Source: Candidatus Yanofskybacteria bacterium
Lineage (GTDB): Bacteria > Patescibacteriota > Minisyncoccia > 2-02-FULL-40-12 > GWA2-44-9
Direction: 5' to 3'
Assembly: GCA_016181045.1 (NCBI GenBank)
Contig: JACPAB010000004.1
Location: forward strand, 1-61,722
DNA: 61,722 nt
Shown here: piece after piece, positions 54,365 to 61,722 of the stretch
Position numbering within the stretch: position 1 is the first letter of the stretch
How the letters are laid out: each line of letters starts with the position of its first letter
Notes under the pieces: model-generated
Database searches by the model: none
Told to the model about the DNA's origin: nothing
Seen by the model: only the letters and a program-made list of their open reading frames with translations
Position numbers and translations under genes: made by a program

Positions 54365-54424
54365 TGAACGGCACAAGCCGTTTTTTTCTTGATTTAATTA
54401 CCGGATTTTGATATCATATTACCC

Positions 54425-54751
54425 ATGTTGAATATACGACTACAAAGGACGGGCAAACGAGGGCAGGCATATTTTCGAATAATTATTGCCGAACACACCA
54501 AAAAGCCGAAAGGCAGCGTTTTGGAAATTTTGGGTTCTTATGATCCACACAAAAAAGAGCTTAAAGTCGAGAAGGACAGAATAGAATATTGGATGTCCAA
54601 AGGCGCCCAGATCTCTCCCACCGTTAATAATCTTCTGGTAAACCAAAAAATTTGGGACAAGCCCAAGATGGAGAGCTGGAAACCGAAAGTAAAACCCAAG
54701 GGTGAGGCGCCTAAAACCGAGGTCGCTCTGCAGGAAACTCCCGTTCCCTAA
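54425..54751 (+). CDS. rpsP: 30S ribosomal protein S16
   Basis: MLNIRLQRTGKRGQAYFRIIIAEHTKKPKG...GSYDP. Confidence 0.92.
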   Translation: MLNIRLQRTGKRGQAYFRIIIAEHTKKPKGSVLEILGSYDPHKKELKVEKDRIEYWMSKGAQISPTVNNLLVNQKIWDKPKMESWKPKVKPKGEAPKTEVALQETPVP

Positions 54752-54846
54752 AAATCCCTTTCAAGGGATTTTTAGTTTACACTTTTAAAACTTCTCGAAC
54801 TTTCCGATTACTGATAGAATATTTATGTCAGTTATACAATCAATAG

Positions 54847-55386
54847 ATGGATTTGATCTTAGAGAAGTTTAATTTAATAGGTTTCAGGGCCATCAATGAT
54901 CTGGCTGGACACAACGTCTGGCTTGACCGGTTGATGATATTCGCCGCCGATAAGATGGGCTATCTTTTGATATTATCGGTGTTGGTTTTGTTCTGGAAAA
55001 AGAATAGTTTGAAAAGAGTTCTTCTTGTGTCTTGGGGCTCGGCTTTGATAGCCCGATTCGTATTTGTGGCCGTTCTCAGATATTTTTTCTACTCCCCCAG
55101 ACCCTTTTTGATTCTAGAGAATGTGAAAATCCTGATGAATCATCAAATCGAATCGTCTTTTCCTTCGGGACATACCACTTTTTACTTTGCCTTAGCTACC
55201 GGTGTCTACTTATACAACAAAAAAGCCGGCCTCATCTTTCTTGCTTTGGCGGGACTGGTGGGGTTTGCCCGCATATTCGTAAGTGTTCACTGGCCTTTGG
55301 ATATTTTGGCCGGCGCCATTCTTGGCTGGGCTACTGCGCTGATGATAAATAAAGTGTTAGCGCGTTTTCTAAAAAAGAAGCAATAA
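54847..55386 (+). CDS. PAP2-family phosphatase (undecaprenyl-diphosphatase-like)
   Basis: SFPSGHTTF and SVHWPLDILAG motifs in a membrane protein. Confidence 0.8.
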   Translation: MDLILEKFNLIGFRAINDLAGHNVWLDRLMIFAADKMGYLLILSVLVLFWKKNSLKRVLLVSWGSALIARFVFVAVLRYFFYSPRPFLILENVKILMNHQIESSFPSGHTTFYFALATGVYLYNKKAGLIFLALAGLVGFARIFVSVHWPLDILAGAILGWATALMINKVLARFLKKKQ

Positions 55387-56119
55387 CTATCGGTCCCATG
55401 CCTCCGGGCACAGGCGTGATAAGTGACGACTTCGGAGCGACAGAATTGAAGTCGACGTCGCCGGCAACCTTATCTCCCAATTTTTCAAATCCGAAGTCCA
55501 CCACAACGGCGCCGTCTTTTATCATGTTTCCAGTGATGAGGTTCGGCTTTCCGACACCCGAAACGATTATGTCTGCTTTAAGGCACAACTCTCTGGTGTT
55601 TTCCGTATTCTCGTCTATTCTGAAAACTTTGGCGCCCATGTTTTCTAACCAGTTAGATATTGGTCCTCCTACCAAGATACTCTGGCCGAAAACAGCCGCG
55701 GTCTTGCCCTTGGGTTCTATTTTATATTCTTCAAATAAAGTTTTCAGGGCTGATACTGCTGGAGGAAGCAGGGGGGATCCGTTGAGGACATCTATGTCTT
55801 TATCTTGCGATATTAGCTTCAAGATGTTGTCGCGGTTGTAGCCGGGAGGCAGGGGAAGCTCTACAATAATTCCCGTTACGCTTTTGTCGTCTGCCAATTC
55901 TTTGAGTTTGCTTGCTATTGCGTCCTCGGAGGCGAGGTGGTAAATATCCATGTTTATACCCACCGAATTGGCGGCTTTCTTTTTCATCTCAACAAATCGG
56001 CCGATGGCCAAATTATCCCCGGCCCAGACGGCGGCAATAGAAACAGAACGGCCATCAAGGCCGGTTTTTATCTTGGATAATATTTTCTGGGCGAGCGCCT
56101 TTCCGTCGACGATTATCAT
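55331..56119 (-). CDS. folD: methylenetetrahydrofolate dehydrogenase/cyclohydrolase
   Basis: MIIVDGKALAQKI start, GIIVELPLP, VGGPISNWL, TPVPGGMGP; the track ORF extension to 56200 overlaps tRNA-Leu. Confidence 0.88.
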   Translation of the reverse strand: MIIVDGKALAQKILSKIKTGLDGRSVSIAAVWAGDNLAIGRFVEMKKKAANSVGINMDIYHLASEDAIASKLKELADDKSVTGIIVELPLPPGYNRDNILKLISQDKDIDVLNGSPLLPPAVSALKTLFEEYKIEPKGKTAAVFGQSILVGGPISNWLENMGAKVFRIDENTENTRELCLKADIIVSGVGKPNLITGNMIKDGAVVVDFGFEKLGDKVAGDVDFNSVAPKSSLITPVPGGMGPIVIASFLENALTLYLSSAQ

Positions 56120-56122
56120 TTG

Positions 56123-56206
56123 TGCCGCGGGGGAGAGTCGAACTCCCATGAGCTTGCGCTCGCAGGTTTTTGAAACCTGTATGTCTGCCAATTCCATCAC
56201 CGCGGC
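56123..56206 (-). tRNA. tRNA-Leu (anticodon CAA)
   Basis: Minus strand GCCGCGGTGATGGAATTGGCAGACATACAGGTTTCAAAAACCTGCGAGCGCAAGCTCATGGGAGTTCGACTCTCCCCCGCGGCA; perfect 7-bp acceptor, long variable arm GAGC-GCAA-GCTC, anticodon loop TTCAAAA. Confidence 0.9.
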
Positions 56207-56268
56207 AATTCACTATATTTTAGCATTTTTAGCATTGATTTTCAACCAAGGAATGATAGAATTTTTAT

Positions 56269-57033
56269 ATGGCCAGAGTAATAGCAGTTTGTAACGCCAA
56301 GGGGGGCGTTGGAAAAACTACAACAAGTTGCAATATCGGGGCTTATCTTGCCGCAATGGGGAAGTATGTGCTTTTGGTTGATATGGATCCCCAGGGCAAT
56401 GCCACTACTGGTTTGGGTATTCACGTTCCTGAAAATGGGTCAAATGTATATCACGCCATAGTAAGCGATTTAAATCCTCAACTTGCGATAAAAAAGACCT
56501 CACTTTTTGGGTTGGATATTTTACCGGCGGCGCAGAGTTTGGCTGGCGCAAATGTAGAACTTGTTTCTATGGAGCAAAGAGAGTTTCGCTTAAAACAGGT
56601 CCTCAACCCCATCAGAAATAACTATGACTATATTATTATTGATTGTCCGCCGTCTTTGGGTCTTTTGACCGTTAACGCTTTGGCGGCATCGGAGAGGGTG
56701 ATAATTCCTGTTCAGTGCGAGTACTATGCCCTGGAAGGGTTGAGTCAGCTGATAAAGACAGTCGAGTTGGTTCGAGGCGGCCTCAACCCGGATTTGCAAG
56801 TGCTCGGCGTGTTGCTTACAATGTATGACAGGAGGAATCAGTTATCGAATCAGGTCTTGAACGAGGTCAGCAAGAATTTTCCGGGAAGAGTTTTTAATGC
56901 GGTGATACCGCGGACGGTATCGCTGGCCGAATCCCCGAGCTTCGGGAAAACAATATTACAATTCGACCCCGATTCAAAAGCCGCCCGAGCTTATCGGCAG
57001 TTGGCGGAAGAAATAATTAGGTTAACATCTTGA
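56269..57033 (+). CDS. parA: ParA/Soj chromosome partitioning ATPase
   Basis: VIAVCNAKGGVGKTTT deviant Walker A; DCPPSLG. Confidence 0.92.
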   Translation: MARVIAVCNAKGGVGKTTTSCNIGAYLAAMGKYVLLVDMDPQGNATTGLGIHVPENGSNVYHAIVSDLNPQLAIKKTSLFGLDILPAAQSLAGANVELVSMEQREFRLKQVLNPIRNNYDYIIIDCPPSLGLLTVNALAASERVIIPVQCEYYALEGLSQLIKTVELVRGGLNPDLQVLGVLLTMYDRRNQLSNQVLNEVSKNFPGRVFNAVIPRTVSLAESPSFGKTILQFDPDSKAARAYRQLAEEIIRLTS

Positions 57034-57127
57034 AACACAGACAAACACGGACATTGAACAGACAGTTGCGGACAATTAATTTAGTCCGCGTAAGTCAGTT
57101 TGGTGTCGGTATAAGTCCGCGTGTCAA

Positions 57128-58000
57128 ATGAAGAAATTATTTGGACTTGGAAAAGGATTGGGCTCATTGATCCCGACCGCAGCGGAAACAGGCAAGCAGG
57201 CCTCTCAAAAAGAGAACGTGTTTTATGTTGAAATAAACAGGATAAAACCGAATCCCAACCAGCCCAGGCGCGATTTTGAAGAAGAGGGACTGAAAGAACT
57301 GGCCAAGTCCATAAGGAAACACGGAGTTCTTCAGCCATTGCTGGTGTCTAAAGTCGAGAATGAAAGCCCGAAAGGACTGGAGGTTTACTACCACCTGATA
57401 GCCGGAGAAAGGCGCTGGCGGGCATCCCAAATTGCGGGCCTTCCTCAAGTTCCGGTAATTATCCGCGACGACATGGATGAGGAGAAAGACCGCCTCGAGA
57501 TCGCTTTAGTCGAGAACCTCCAGAGAAAGGACTTGAACTCCGTTGAAGAAGCGGAGGCCTATGAGCATCTTTCCAAAGAATTCGGACTTACCCAGAAAGA
57601 GATAGCCGAAAAGGTGGCGAAGTCCAGGGAATATGTCGCAAACGCGGTCAGAGTGTTAAATCTACCGCAAGATATTAGGGAGGCCCTACGAAGCGAGAAG
57701 ATATCTCGCTCCCACGCCAAGGCATTGTTGGCCATCAGTGATATGACCCAGCAAAGAGACATTTTTAACCAAATATTATCGGGCAACTTATCTTCCAAAG
57801 AAACCGAAAACATTGCCTCATCGGCCAAATCGAAACCAAAGGCCAAGAAAGACAACAAATTCACAACGCTTGAAAAGAACTTGAGCGAAACGCTTAAAGC
57901 GCCGGTATTGATCCACGCCGCGGAGAAAGGCGGCAAGATAATAGTGCGGTTCGCTACTCTCGAAGAATTAAACAAGATAGCGAAATCGATAATCGACTAA
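57128..58000 (+). CDS. parB: ParB/Spo0J partition protein
   Basis: IKPNPNQPRRDF, LIAGERRWRAS, HTH LTQKEIAEKVAKSREYVANAVR. Confidence 0.92.
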   Translation: MKKLFGLGKGLGSLIPTAAETGKQASQKENVFYVEINRIKPNPNQPRRDFEEEGLKELAKSIRKHGVLQPLLVSKVENESPKGLEVYYHLIAGERRWRASQIAGLPQVPVIIRDDMDEEKDRLEIALVENLQRKDLNSVEEAEAYEHLSKEFGLTQKEIAEKVAKSREYVANAVRVLNLPQDIREALRSEKISRSHAKALLAISDMTQQRDIFNQILSGNLSSKETENIASSAKSKPKAKKDNKFTTLEKNLSETLKAPVLIHAAEKGGKIIVRFATLEELNKIAKSIID

Positions 58001-58173
58001 CAAAAACTTCTGTGCGCGCCTGGCCCACTTCGTTACGGGCCTACAGCACGCCCTTCGGGTTTCCCGATCTCTTCGTTAAAATCTCCGCTTCTCCTTCACC
58101 ATACTTCAGTATGGCTTAGTCGAATGCTCGATTTTGCCTCGACCTCGGAAAACACAGAGAGTTTTTAATCCAG

Positions 58174-58344
58174 CGCAGGAACCCAGCCAATTGAAGACAC
58201 TTGAGACCCGGCTTTTGGCATGGTTGAGGCGGTATAATATACAAGAAACCGCCGAACAAAAGCCGAGACGGAGCCGTGGCGAACGTAGCCGAGGTTCCTC
58301 GCAGGGGAACCGGAGGCGTGTCTGAAATGGCTGGGTCCGGAGCG
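58174..58344. ncRNA. candidate structured RNA of unknown class (three-way junction)
   Basis: All-Watson-Crick long-range pairs 58181-58189/58328-58336 (9 bp) and 58195-58200/58318-58323 (6 bp). They enclose hairpins 58209-58217/58257-58265 plus 58228-58233/58248-58253, and 58293-58298/58306-58311. No convincing ORF; GC above local average. Confidence 0.4.
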
Positions 58345-58397
58345 AAAACAGCCAAGTGAAATACTAATCCTTATTCCAGCTTGCGGTAAGAATTCTG

Positions 58398-58415
58398 GCG
58401 CCTCGGGCGCTTTTT
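58398..58415 (+). terminator. intrinsic terminator on the plus strand
   Basis: GCGCCTCGGGCGCTTTTT. Confidence 0.7.
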
Positions 58416-58422
58416 ATGTTCG

Positions 58423-58490
58423 CCCGGTAGTAGATTTTTTAAATGCGCAAAGCGCAAAAGCCGAAGGCAATTCAAAAATTCACTACCGGG
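58423..58490 (+). repeat. 68-bp CCNGGTAGT-family hairpin element, copy 3 (overlaps the relA/spoT stop codon)
   Basis: CCCGGTAGTAGATTTTTTAAATGCGCAAAGCGCAAAAGCCGAAGGCAATTCAAAAATTCACTACCGGG, flanked by TTCG and TTTG. Confidence 0.88.
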
Positions 58491-60240
58491 TTTGAGCAAT
58501 CGATTTTTTCCAAGAAGCAGTTAAAACTCTATTTTGATTTGTGTTTTTAACGTTAGGACAGTTTGCTACATGTATGGAGACGCCTCGGTTCAAGGTCATA
58601 TAGCCCCTTATCTTGTGATTGACGGTGGGATTGCAGCACCGCGCGAATTTATACAACAGCCCGCGTTGGCCCTGAATGATGGGTTCGCCCCGGGGGTCGG
58701 CTATTATAATATTCTTTTTTTTCTGTGTTTCGGCTTTTTGTTTTCCCTCGGCAAGCTCGGGACCTGCGGCGGGTTCTTGTTCTTTGAACCACGATCTTAT
58801 TCTTTTTTTTGCTTCGGCCGTTTTTACGAACTTAAGCCAATCAAATGACGGCTTTTTTTCTTTACCTTTCATTATTTCAACGACATCGCCGTTCTTAAGC
58901 TCGTAGTCGAAAGGAACTATTTTGTTGTTGACCTTGGCTCCTTTGGTGGCGTGGCCAAGGTCGGTATGTATGGCGTAAGCAAAATCGATCGGCGTTGCGC
59001 CTTCGGGCAGGTCTTTAACATCTCCTTTGGGGGTGAAGGCGAATATCCTGTTCTTGAAAAAATGGATTTTGATATTGGAAAGTCCTTCGCCGGGCCGGAG
59101 CTCCTTGAGCATTTTCTTTAATTGTGTGACCCATTGGATCTCTTTAACATTGGCTTGGGCTGTCCTTGTCTTGCTGCCTTCGCTATATGCCCAGTGGGCG
59201 GCAATTCCGTTCTCGGCGAACTCGTGCATATCGGCGGTTCGTATTTGGAGCTCGACTATTTTTCCTTTCTCGCAGAAGATAGTGGTGTGGAGAGATTGGT
59301 ATCCGTTCGGTTTGGGCAGGGCGATATAATCCTTTATCAGTCCGGGCAGAGGCCTGTAGTGCTTATGTATCACACCCAGAGCTTCATAACATGATTTTAT
59401 ATCCGGAACGATAATCCTCATTGCCACAAGATCGTATATCTTATCTAACCCCTTTTCTTTTCGGCTCATTTTTTGATACAAACTATAGAAATGTTTGGCC
59501 CTGGAATGCATATCGACAATTTTTATTCCGGCATCGGTCAGACACCTTTTTATTAGAGGACTCGTTCTGTCTATGTAGTTTCCGACATTTCTATATTTAT
59601 TTTTAACTTTTTGAACAAACTCGGAATATTCTTTCGGATAAACATAGGGGAATGCCATGTCTTCCAATTGACCCTTAAGCCGGCCCATTCCAAGCCGGGC
59701 GGCAATGGGGGCGTATATTTCCATTGTCTCGAGAGCGATTCTATTCTGGTCGGTTTTGTTCAGAAATTTCAATGTTTCCATGTTGTGATACCGGTCGGCC
59801 AATTTTATCAGAATAACCCGGATATCTTCGGCCATGGCGAATATCATCTTCTTTAGAGAATTCAAATGGTCCGTGTGGTTATTTTTGTTGGCTCGCCCTG
59901 AGCTTGCCGAAGGGTCGGAGTATTCTATCTTGCTAAGTTTGGTTACGCCGTCTACCAAAAAGGCGATTTCTTTTCCGAACTCTTTTTCCAGGTCGGCATG
60001 TGTCAGAGATGTGTCCTCGATGGTGTCATGAAGCAGGCAGGCGGCGATAGTGGTTGAATCCAGTCCGAGTTCGGAAAGAAAGCAGGCAACCTGCAACGGG
60101 TGAGTTATATAGGGTTCTCCGGAGAATCTTTTTTGTCCTTGGTGCGCTTTCTCTGAATATAAGCAAGCCCTTTTTATAAGAGCGCGATCTTTATCGTTAA
60201 ATGCAGGTTTGTCTAGTATTTTCTCAAGTATGTCGGACAT
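58483..60240 (-). CDS. bifunctional (p)ppGpp synthetase/hydrolase, RelA/SpoT family
   Basis: HD domain (HDTIEDT), synthetase motif DYIALPKPNGYQSLHTTI, TGS domain, Cys-rich C-terminal region; 585 aa. Confidence 0.9.
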   Translation of the reverse strand: MSDILEKILDKPAFNDKDRALIKRACLYSEKAHQGQKRFSGEPYITHPLQVACFLSELGLDSTTIAACLLHDTIEDTSLTHADLEKEFGKEIAFLVDGVTKLSKIEYSDPSASSGRANKNNHTDHLNSLKKMIFAMAEDIRVILIKLADRYHNMETLKFLNKTDQNRIALETMEIYAPIAARLGMGRLKGQLEDMAFPYVYPKEYSEFVQKVKNKYRNVGNYIDRTSPLIKRCLTDAGIKIVDMHSRAKHFYSLYQKMSRKEKGLDKIYDLVAMRIIVPDIKSCYEALGVIHKHYRPLPGLIKDYIALPKPNGYQSLHTTIFCEKGKIVELQIRTADMHEFAENGIAAHWAYSEGSKTRTAQANVKEIQWVTQLKKMLKELRPGEGLSNIKIHFFKNRIFAFTPKGDVKDLPEGATPIDFAYAIHTDLGHATKGAKVNNKIVPFDYELKNGDVVEIMKGKEKKPSFDWLKFVKTAEAKKRIRSWFKEQEPAAGPELAEGKQKAETQKKKNIIIADPRGEPIIQGQRGLLYKFARCCNPTVNHKIRGYMTLNRGVSIHVANCPNVKNTNQNRVLTASWKKSIAQTR

Positions 60241-60295
60241 CTAAATGAAAACTACTCCCTTGGGGAGTAATTTTCAACAGAACAGCACTGGAGAA

Positions 60296-60547
60296 CTATT
60301 TCCCTATCTTTTTGGTATTCTTACACTTCGGATAACTTGAGCAGGCGAGGAATTCGCCGAACTTTCCCGAGCGGATGACCATCTTGCCTCCGCATTTATC
60401 GCAGACCTCCTTCGTTTCAACGGGAGGTTTTTTCTCTTCTTTGAGGATGTTCTTGCAATCCGGGTAACTGGAGCAGGCGGTAAAAGGTCCGTATCTGCCG
60501 CTTTTCTCGACCATATCGCTTCCACATTTGTCGCATTTTAGGTTCAT
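60296..60547 (-). CDS. stand-alone topoisomerase-type C4 zinc-finger protein (two fingers)
   Basis: [28 protein letters not shown] and [28 protein letters not shown]; begins 3 nt after the topA stop. Confidence 0.75.
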   Translation of the reverse strand: MNLKCDKCGSDMVEKSGRYGPFTACSSYPDCKNILKEEKKPPVETKEVCDKCGGKMVIRSGKFGEFLACSSYPKCKNTKKIGK

Positions 60548-60550
60548 ATT

Positions 60551-61722
60551 TTATGGATTAGTTGTTGCTTTTTTATTTCTTCCTCGGAATCCTTTCTTTT
60601 TCTTTTCTTCTTTAAGTATCTCAAGCGCGCGGGAAAGTTCAATATCGTAAACATTGTCTCCTTTCCCGCCCGAACGACCGGTATCGTCCGGTCGGGCGGG
60701 TTTGAGGGAACGGAAGTCGCCGTCGTGCATGATATATGGTCCGAAGCGTCCGATATTGGCGATGATTTCTTTTCCAGTGTCCGGGTGTGTGCCGAGTATG
60801 CGGGGCAAACTTAAATATTTAAGCGCGTCTTCAACGGTAACCGTTCGGAGGTCTTTGTCTTTGGGGATGCTGGCTCTTCGCGGCTTTGGATTATCTTTGG
60901 TCTTTTCACCCAGTTGAACGTAAGGTCCGAAACGGCCCTCAAGAACGAATATGGGCAAGCCCGTTTGTGTGTCGGTGCCGATGGGCTTATTTGGCTCAAC
61001 CACCGAACCGTCGATACGGCGCGCGCCTTTGCATTCGGGGTAGCGCTCGCAGCTCATGAATTTTCCGCCCCGGCCGAGCTTGATGGTCATCGGGCTGCCG
61101 CATTCGGGACACTTCCACTCTTTGGGGGCGGGTCCGAGGTTGGTCAGTTTTTCTATCTTCTCTTTTGCTTTGACGTCTTGATGGAACGGAACATAGAAAT
61201 CGCTAAGGGTCTTAACATATTCTCTCTTTCCCGCGGCAATATCATCAAGCTCGTCTTCCATTTCGGCGGTGAAGGTATCGTTAATGTAGTTCATAAAATT
61301 TTCTTCAAGAAAAGTACTGACAACCTCGCCGGTATCAGTCGGTTTGAGCGCCCGTCCGTCCTTTTCTACATATTTGCGGTCGTGGAGCGTCTTGATAATG
61401 GAAGCATAGGTAGATGGTCTGCCAATACCGCGTTTCTCGAGTTCCTTCACGAGGCCGGCCTCGGTGTAGTGCGCCGGTGGTTCTGTGTGTTTCTCTTCGC
61501 TCAAGATGTCTTTAAGTGTCAGGGTTTCGTTTTTTTCAACTTTTGGAAGTTCTACGTCTTCTCCGCGCGCGCGCGCGTCACAGGCAAGCCAGCCGTCAAA
61601 GACAACACGCGAGCCGGTTGCGACGAAGTCGGGGAGTCCGCCCTCGCTAATAGTTGTACTGATCTTTGTGCGCAGGAGCTTGGCCTCGGTCATCTGCGAA
61701 GCGATCGTCCGCTCGCGGATGA
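60551..61722 (-). CDS. topA: DNA topoisomerase I, C-terminal part (gene runs off the window end)
   Basis: IRERTIASQM..., GIGRPSTYASII, C4 zinc finger CPECGSPMTIKLGRGGKFMSCERYPEC; the frame stays open to position 61722. Confidence 0.9.
   Translation of the reverse strand, partial: IRERTIASQMTEAKLLRTKISTTISEGGLPDFVATGSRVVFDGWLACDARARGEDVELPKVEKNETLTLKDILSEEKHTEPPAHYTEAGLVKELEKRGIGRPSTYASIIKTLHDRKYVEKDGRALKPTDTGEVVSTFLEENFMNYINDTFTAEMEDELDDIAAGKREYVKTLSDFYVPFHQDVKAKEKIEKLTNLGPAPKEWKCPECGSPMTIKLGRGGKFMSCERYPECKGARRIDGSVVEPNKPIGTDTQTGLPIFVLEGRFGPYVQLGEKTKDNPKPRRASIPKDKDLRTVTVEDALKYLSLPRILGTHPDTGKEIIANIGRFGPYIMHDGDFRSLKPARPDDTGRSGGKGDNVYDIELSRALEILKEEKKKKGFRGRNKKATTNP

Noticed and set aside
55331-56200. 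N-terminal extension of folD (MMELADIQVSKTCERKLMGVRLSPAAQ)
   Set aside because: It is the antisense-frame translation of tRNA-Leu(CAA). The canonical FolD N-terminus MIIVDGKAL starts at 56119.
58232-58237. TATAAT box as promoter of the candidate ncRNA
   Set aside because: There is no -35 at proper spacing and no TG extension, and the box lies in the loop of a predicted hairpin.
58328-58353. SRP RNA helix-8 motif (GGCTGGGTCCGGAGCGAAAACAGCC versus the GGUCAGGUCCGGAAGGAAGCAGCC consensus)
   Set aside because: About 70% similar, but the tetraloop closing pair would be C-C, the conserved G of AGCA is missing, and I could not extend a helix 5. The 5' half pairs better with 58181-58189. Kept only as part of the unknown ncRNA candidate.
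58010-58416. RNase P RNA
   Set aside because: Isolated look-alikes (GACCCGGCTTTT, TGCGGTAAGA, GGGTCCGG) occur in the wrong order on either strand, and no P4 pairing could be built. This needs Infernal to settle.

Overview
61.7-kb chromosomal segment, moderately AT-rich with a few GC-rich islands. Gene style suggests a Patescibacteria/CPR (Parcubacteria-like) genome; this is inference only, no search was run. It has compact housekeeping genes, seven aaRS genes, tmRNA plus SmpB, ribosomal protein genes, PaaX-like and four-helix-bundle filler genes, and many small secreted or membrane hypotheticals. Recognised genes: valS, tsaD, infC-rpmI-rplT, smpB, htrA-like, mpg, argS, ileS, recO, glyQS, guaB, pheS, gyrB, secE-nusG-rplK, thyX, gatB, miaA, thrS, dnaE, rpmF, nusB, rnc, plsY, rpsP, folD, parA, parB, relA/spoT and topA (partial). 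RNA genes: tmRNA, tRNA-Glu(UUC), tRNA-Asp(GUC) and tRNA-Leu(CAA). I found no rRNA, CRISPR array, transposase or integrase. Main hunt results follow. (1) A MITE-like family of 65-68 bp hairpin elements has conserved ends CCNGGTAGTAGA...TTCACTACCNGG, a conserved internal architecture and 4-bp flanking duplications. Copies sit at the gyrB start codon, in frame inside miaA (23 added codons), and on the relA/spoT stop codon. (2) Other palindromes and perfect heptanucleotide tandem repeats are inserted in frame in essential genes (miaA, gatB, ileS, tsaD), reminiscent of Rickettsia palindromic elements. (3) Several enzyme architectures are unusual: IleRS with an inserted histidine-phosphatase domain, a mitochondrial-type single-chain PheRS, a ThrRS lacking its editing region, a MazG-like/PEP-swivel fusion next to a tandem-domain ThyX, a PlsY fusion, and a GyrB intein with an HNH module. 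(4) ileS and a P-loop kinase each carry a frame disruption. (5) A structured non-coding region of about 400 nt lies between parB and relA. (6) A -10-like hexamer sits 6-7 nt upstream of many start codons, suggesting leaderless mRNAs. All functional calls come from motif recognition by eye and need database confirmation.
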